Of a stretch of DNA of 64,000 bases, positions 63,085-64,000 are shown in pieces. Under the pieces are notes generated by a model. It was not told the origin of the DNA and did not search any database. It saw nothing but the letters and a program-made list of their open reading frames with translations. The stretch's first letter is position 1; the number at the start of each line of letters is the position of its first letter. This stretch comes from an uncultured Chthonomonadaceae bacterium (lineage in GTDB: Bacteria; Armatimonadota; Chthonomonadetes; Chthonomonadales; Chthonomonadaceae). Made by a program: the position numbers and the translations under genes. The stretch spans positions 288,001 through 352,000 of the forward strand of contig CAWFQB010000006.1 in assembly GCA_963817895.1 (NCBI GenBank), read 5' to 3'.

Positions 63085-63726
63085 CTACATTCGGAGAACG
63101 ATTGAACAATTTTCGCAAAGTTTGAGTTTCCCACGTTTACGACGGCGCAGGAGGGTGGCTCCGGTGAGGGTTAGGCCAGCGAGGAGGGCGCCAAAACCGG
63201 GTTCAGGGACTACAGCAAGGTTATCAACAAGATAACTCAAATCGTCGCCGTTTCGCTCCGCGCTGATAGTAATCGTTGCCGTGCTTGTGGGAGCCACAAA
63301 ATTCACGCTGAACGGTTTGTAGGCCGTGGAAGTGTTGTCGGCAAAAGGGCGCGCGAATTGCGAGATGAGAACCCCATTCACAGACACGCCGAAAGACAGG
63401 GCCATGAAACTTCCAAACTGAGGCTGATAACTGGCATAATCGCCTGAGAAGCGATAAGTATTGCCAACGGTGAAGCCAGACACTGTTTGAGAAAGGGTCG
63501 GGTCGGTGGCAACTTCACCAAACGCGTTGAGGCGGAAGGCTGCGCCAGGGTTGCCACCCGTGGTTTGCCGGAGGTTGTCAGCTCCGCTGGAAGTATATCC
63601 TCCGCCTGTGCCATTGCCGGGAACGTCTGTGTCGAACGTGCCGTTGACAAAAGTTTGCGCATGGGCCATTGGAGCCAGACACAAAAAACTTACCACAAGC
63701 AATGTTGTGTGGCGATTACAATTCAT
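63085..63726 (-). CDS. PEP-CTERM sorting-domain protein 4 (DUF642-like core possible)
   Basis: AGGAG RBS, signal ending AHAQ, FVNGTFD, VPEPGFGALL-hydrophobic helix-LRRRKR. Confidence 0.9.
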   Translation of the reverse strand: MNCNRHTTLLVVSFLCLAPMAHAQTFVNGTFDTDVPGNGTGGGYTSSGADNLRQTTGGNPGAAFRLNAFGEVATDPTLSQTVSGFTVGNTYRFSGDYASYQPQFGSFMALSFGVSVNGVLISQFARPFADNTSTAYKPFSVNFVAPTSTATITISAERNGDDLSYLVDNLAVVPEPGFGALLAGLTLTGATLLRRRKRGKLKLCENCSIVLRM

Positions 63727-63943
63727 AGCAGCCTCTCCTTCCAAACGAGCGCAATGCGTTTGCGGCATATTCAACCTACAGAGTTTCAGGCGCGCCTTTT
63801 TGTAGAACAACAGGCATAGAGCCACGAAAATAAGCGGTAGGTCTGTTAAAATTATGAGAATATCTCATAAAAACTACGCGAAATTAGAGATATGCGGGTA
63901 CGCTATAATCAAACTTCATGCGCATGAAGTTTCTCCTAACTTC

Positions 63944-63980
63944 GCGCCACAGGGCTTCAGGCTCCTGTGGCGCTTTTTTT
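63944..63980 (+). terminator. Intrinsic terminator
   Basis: GCGCCACAGG...CCTGTGGCGC followed by T7. Confidence 0.8.
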
Positions 63981-64000
63981 CTGACTTATGGGCCTTTGAA

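Noticed and set aside
57869..63726. Classical integron with attC sites
   Set aside because: No IntI-type integrase features or attC R-box palindromes recognised; boundaries are tRNA-derived

Overview
64 kb of bacterial chromosome. PEP-CTERM proteins, a futalosine-type menaquinone cluster and DUF2092 proteins suggest an Armatimonadota-like Gram-negative organism (inference). Positions 1-57.7 kb are mostly housekeeping and carbohydrate genes: argH, dppA, pyrF, tsaE/tsaB, mqnA/mqnP/ubiX/ubiD, sbcDC, clpS, glnD, anmK, purA and several glycoside hydrolases. Many genes, including core ones, are split by 1-nt frameshifts, most likely uncorrected long-read errors. Intergenic DNA carries several dispersed repeat families: inverted repeats built from 6-9 nt tandem units, modular MITEs with GAGCCTATCCC termini, GTAG-type REPs and CCTCTCC...GGAGAGG hairpins. 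The most interesting region is 57.8-64 kb. A tRNA-Lys(UUU) is followed by a tandem array of small modules bounded by one perfect and one degenerate copy of the tRNA 3' part. The array holds four PEP-CTERM genes with conserved ends and unrelated cores, three of them behind near-identical sigma54 promoters, plus one damaged tyrosine integrase. It looks like a tRNA-targeted, age-ordered cassette system for surface proteins. An Rhs-core remnant behind two orphan immunity-like genes lies at the left end. All calls are by eye; no database searches were run.
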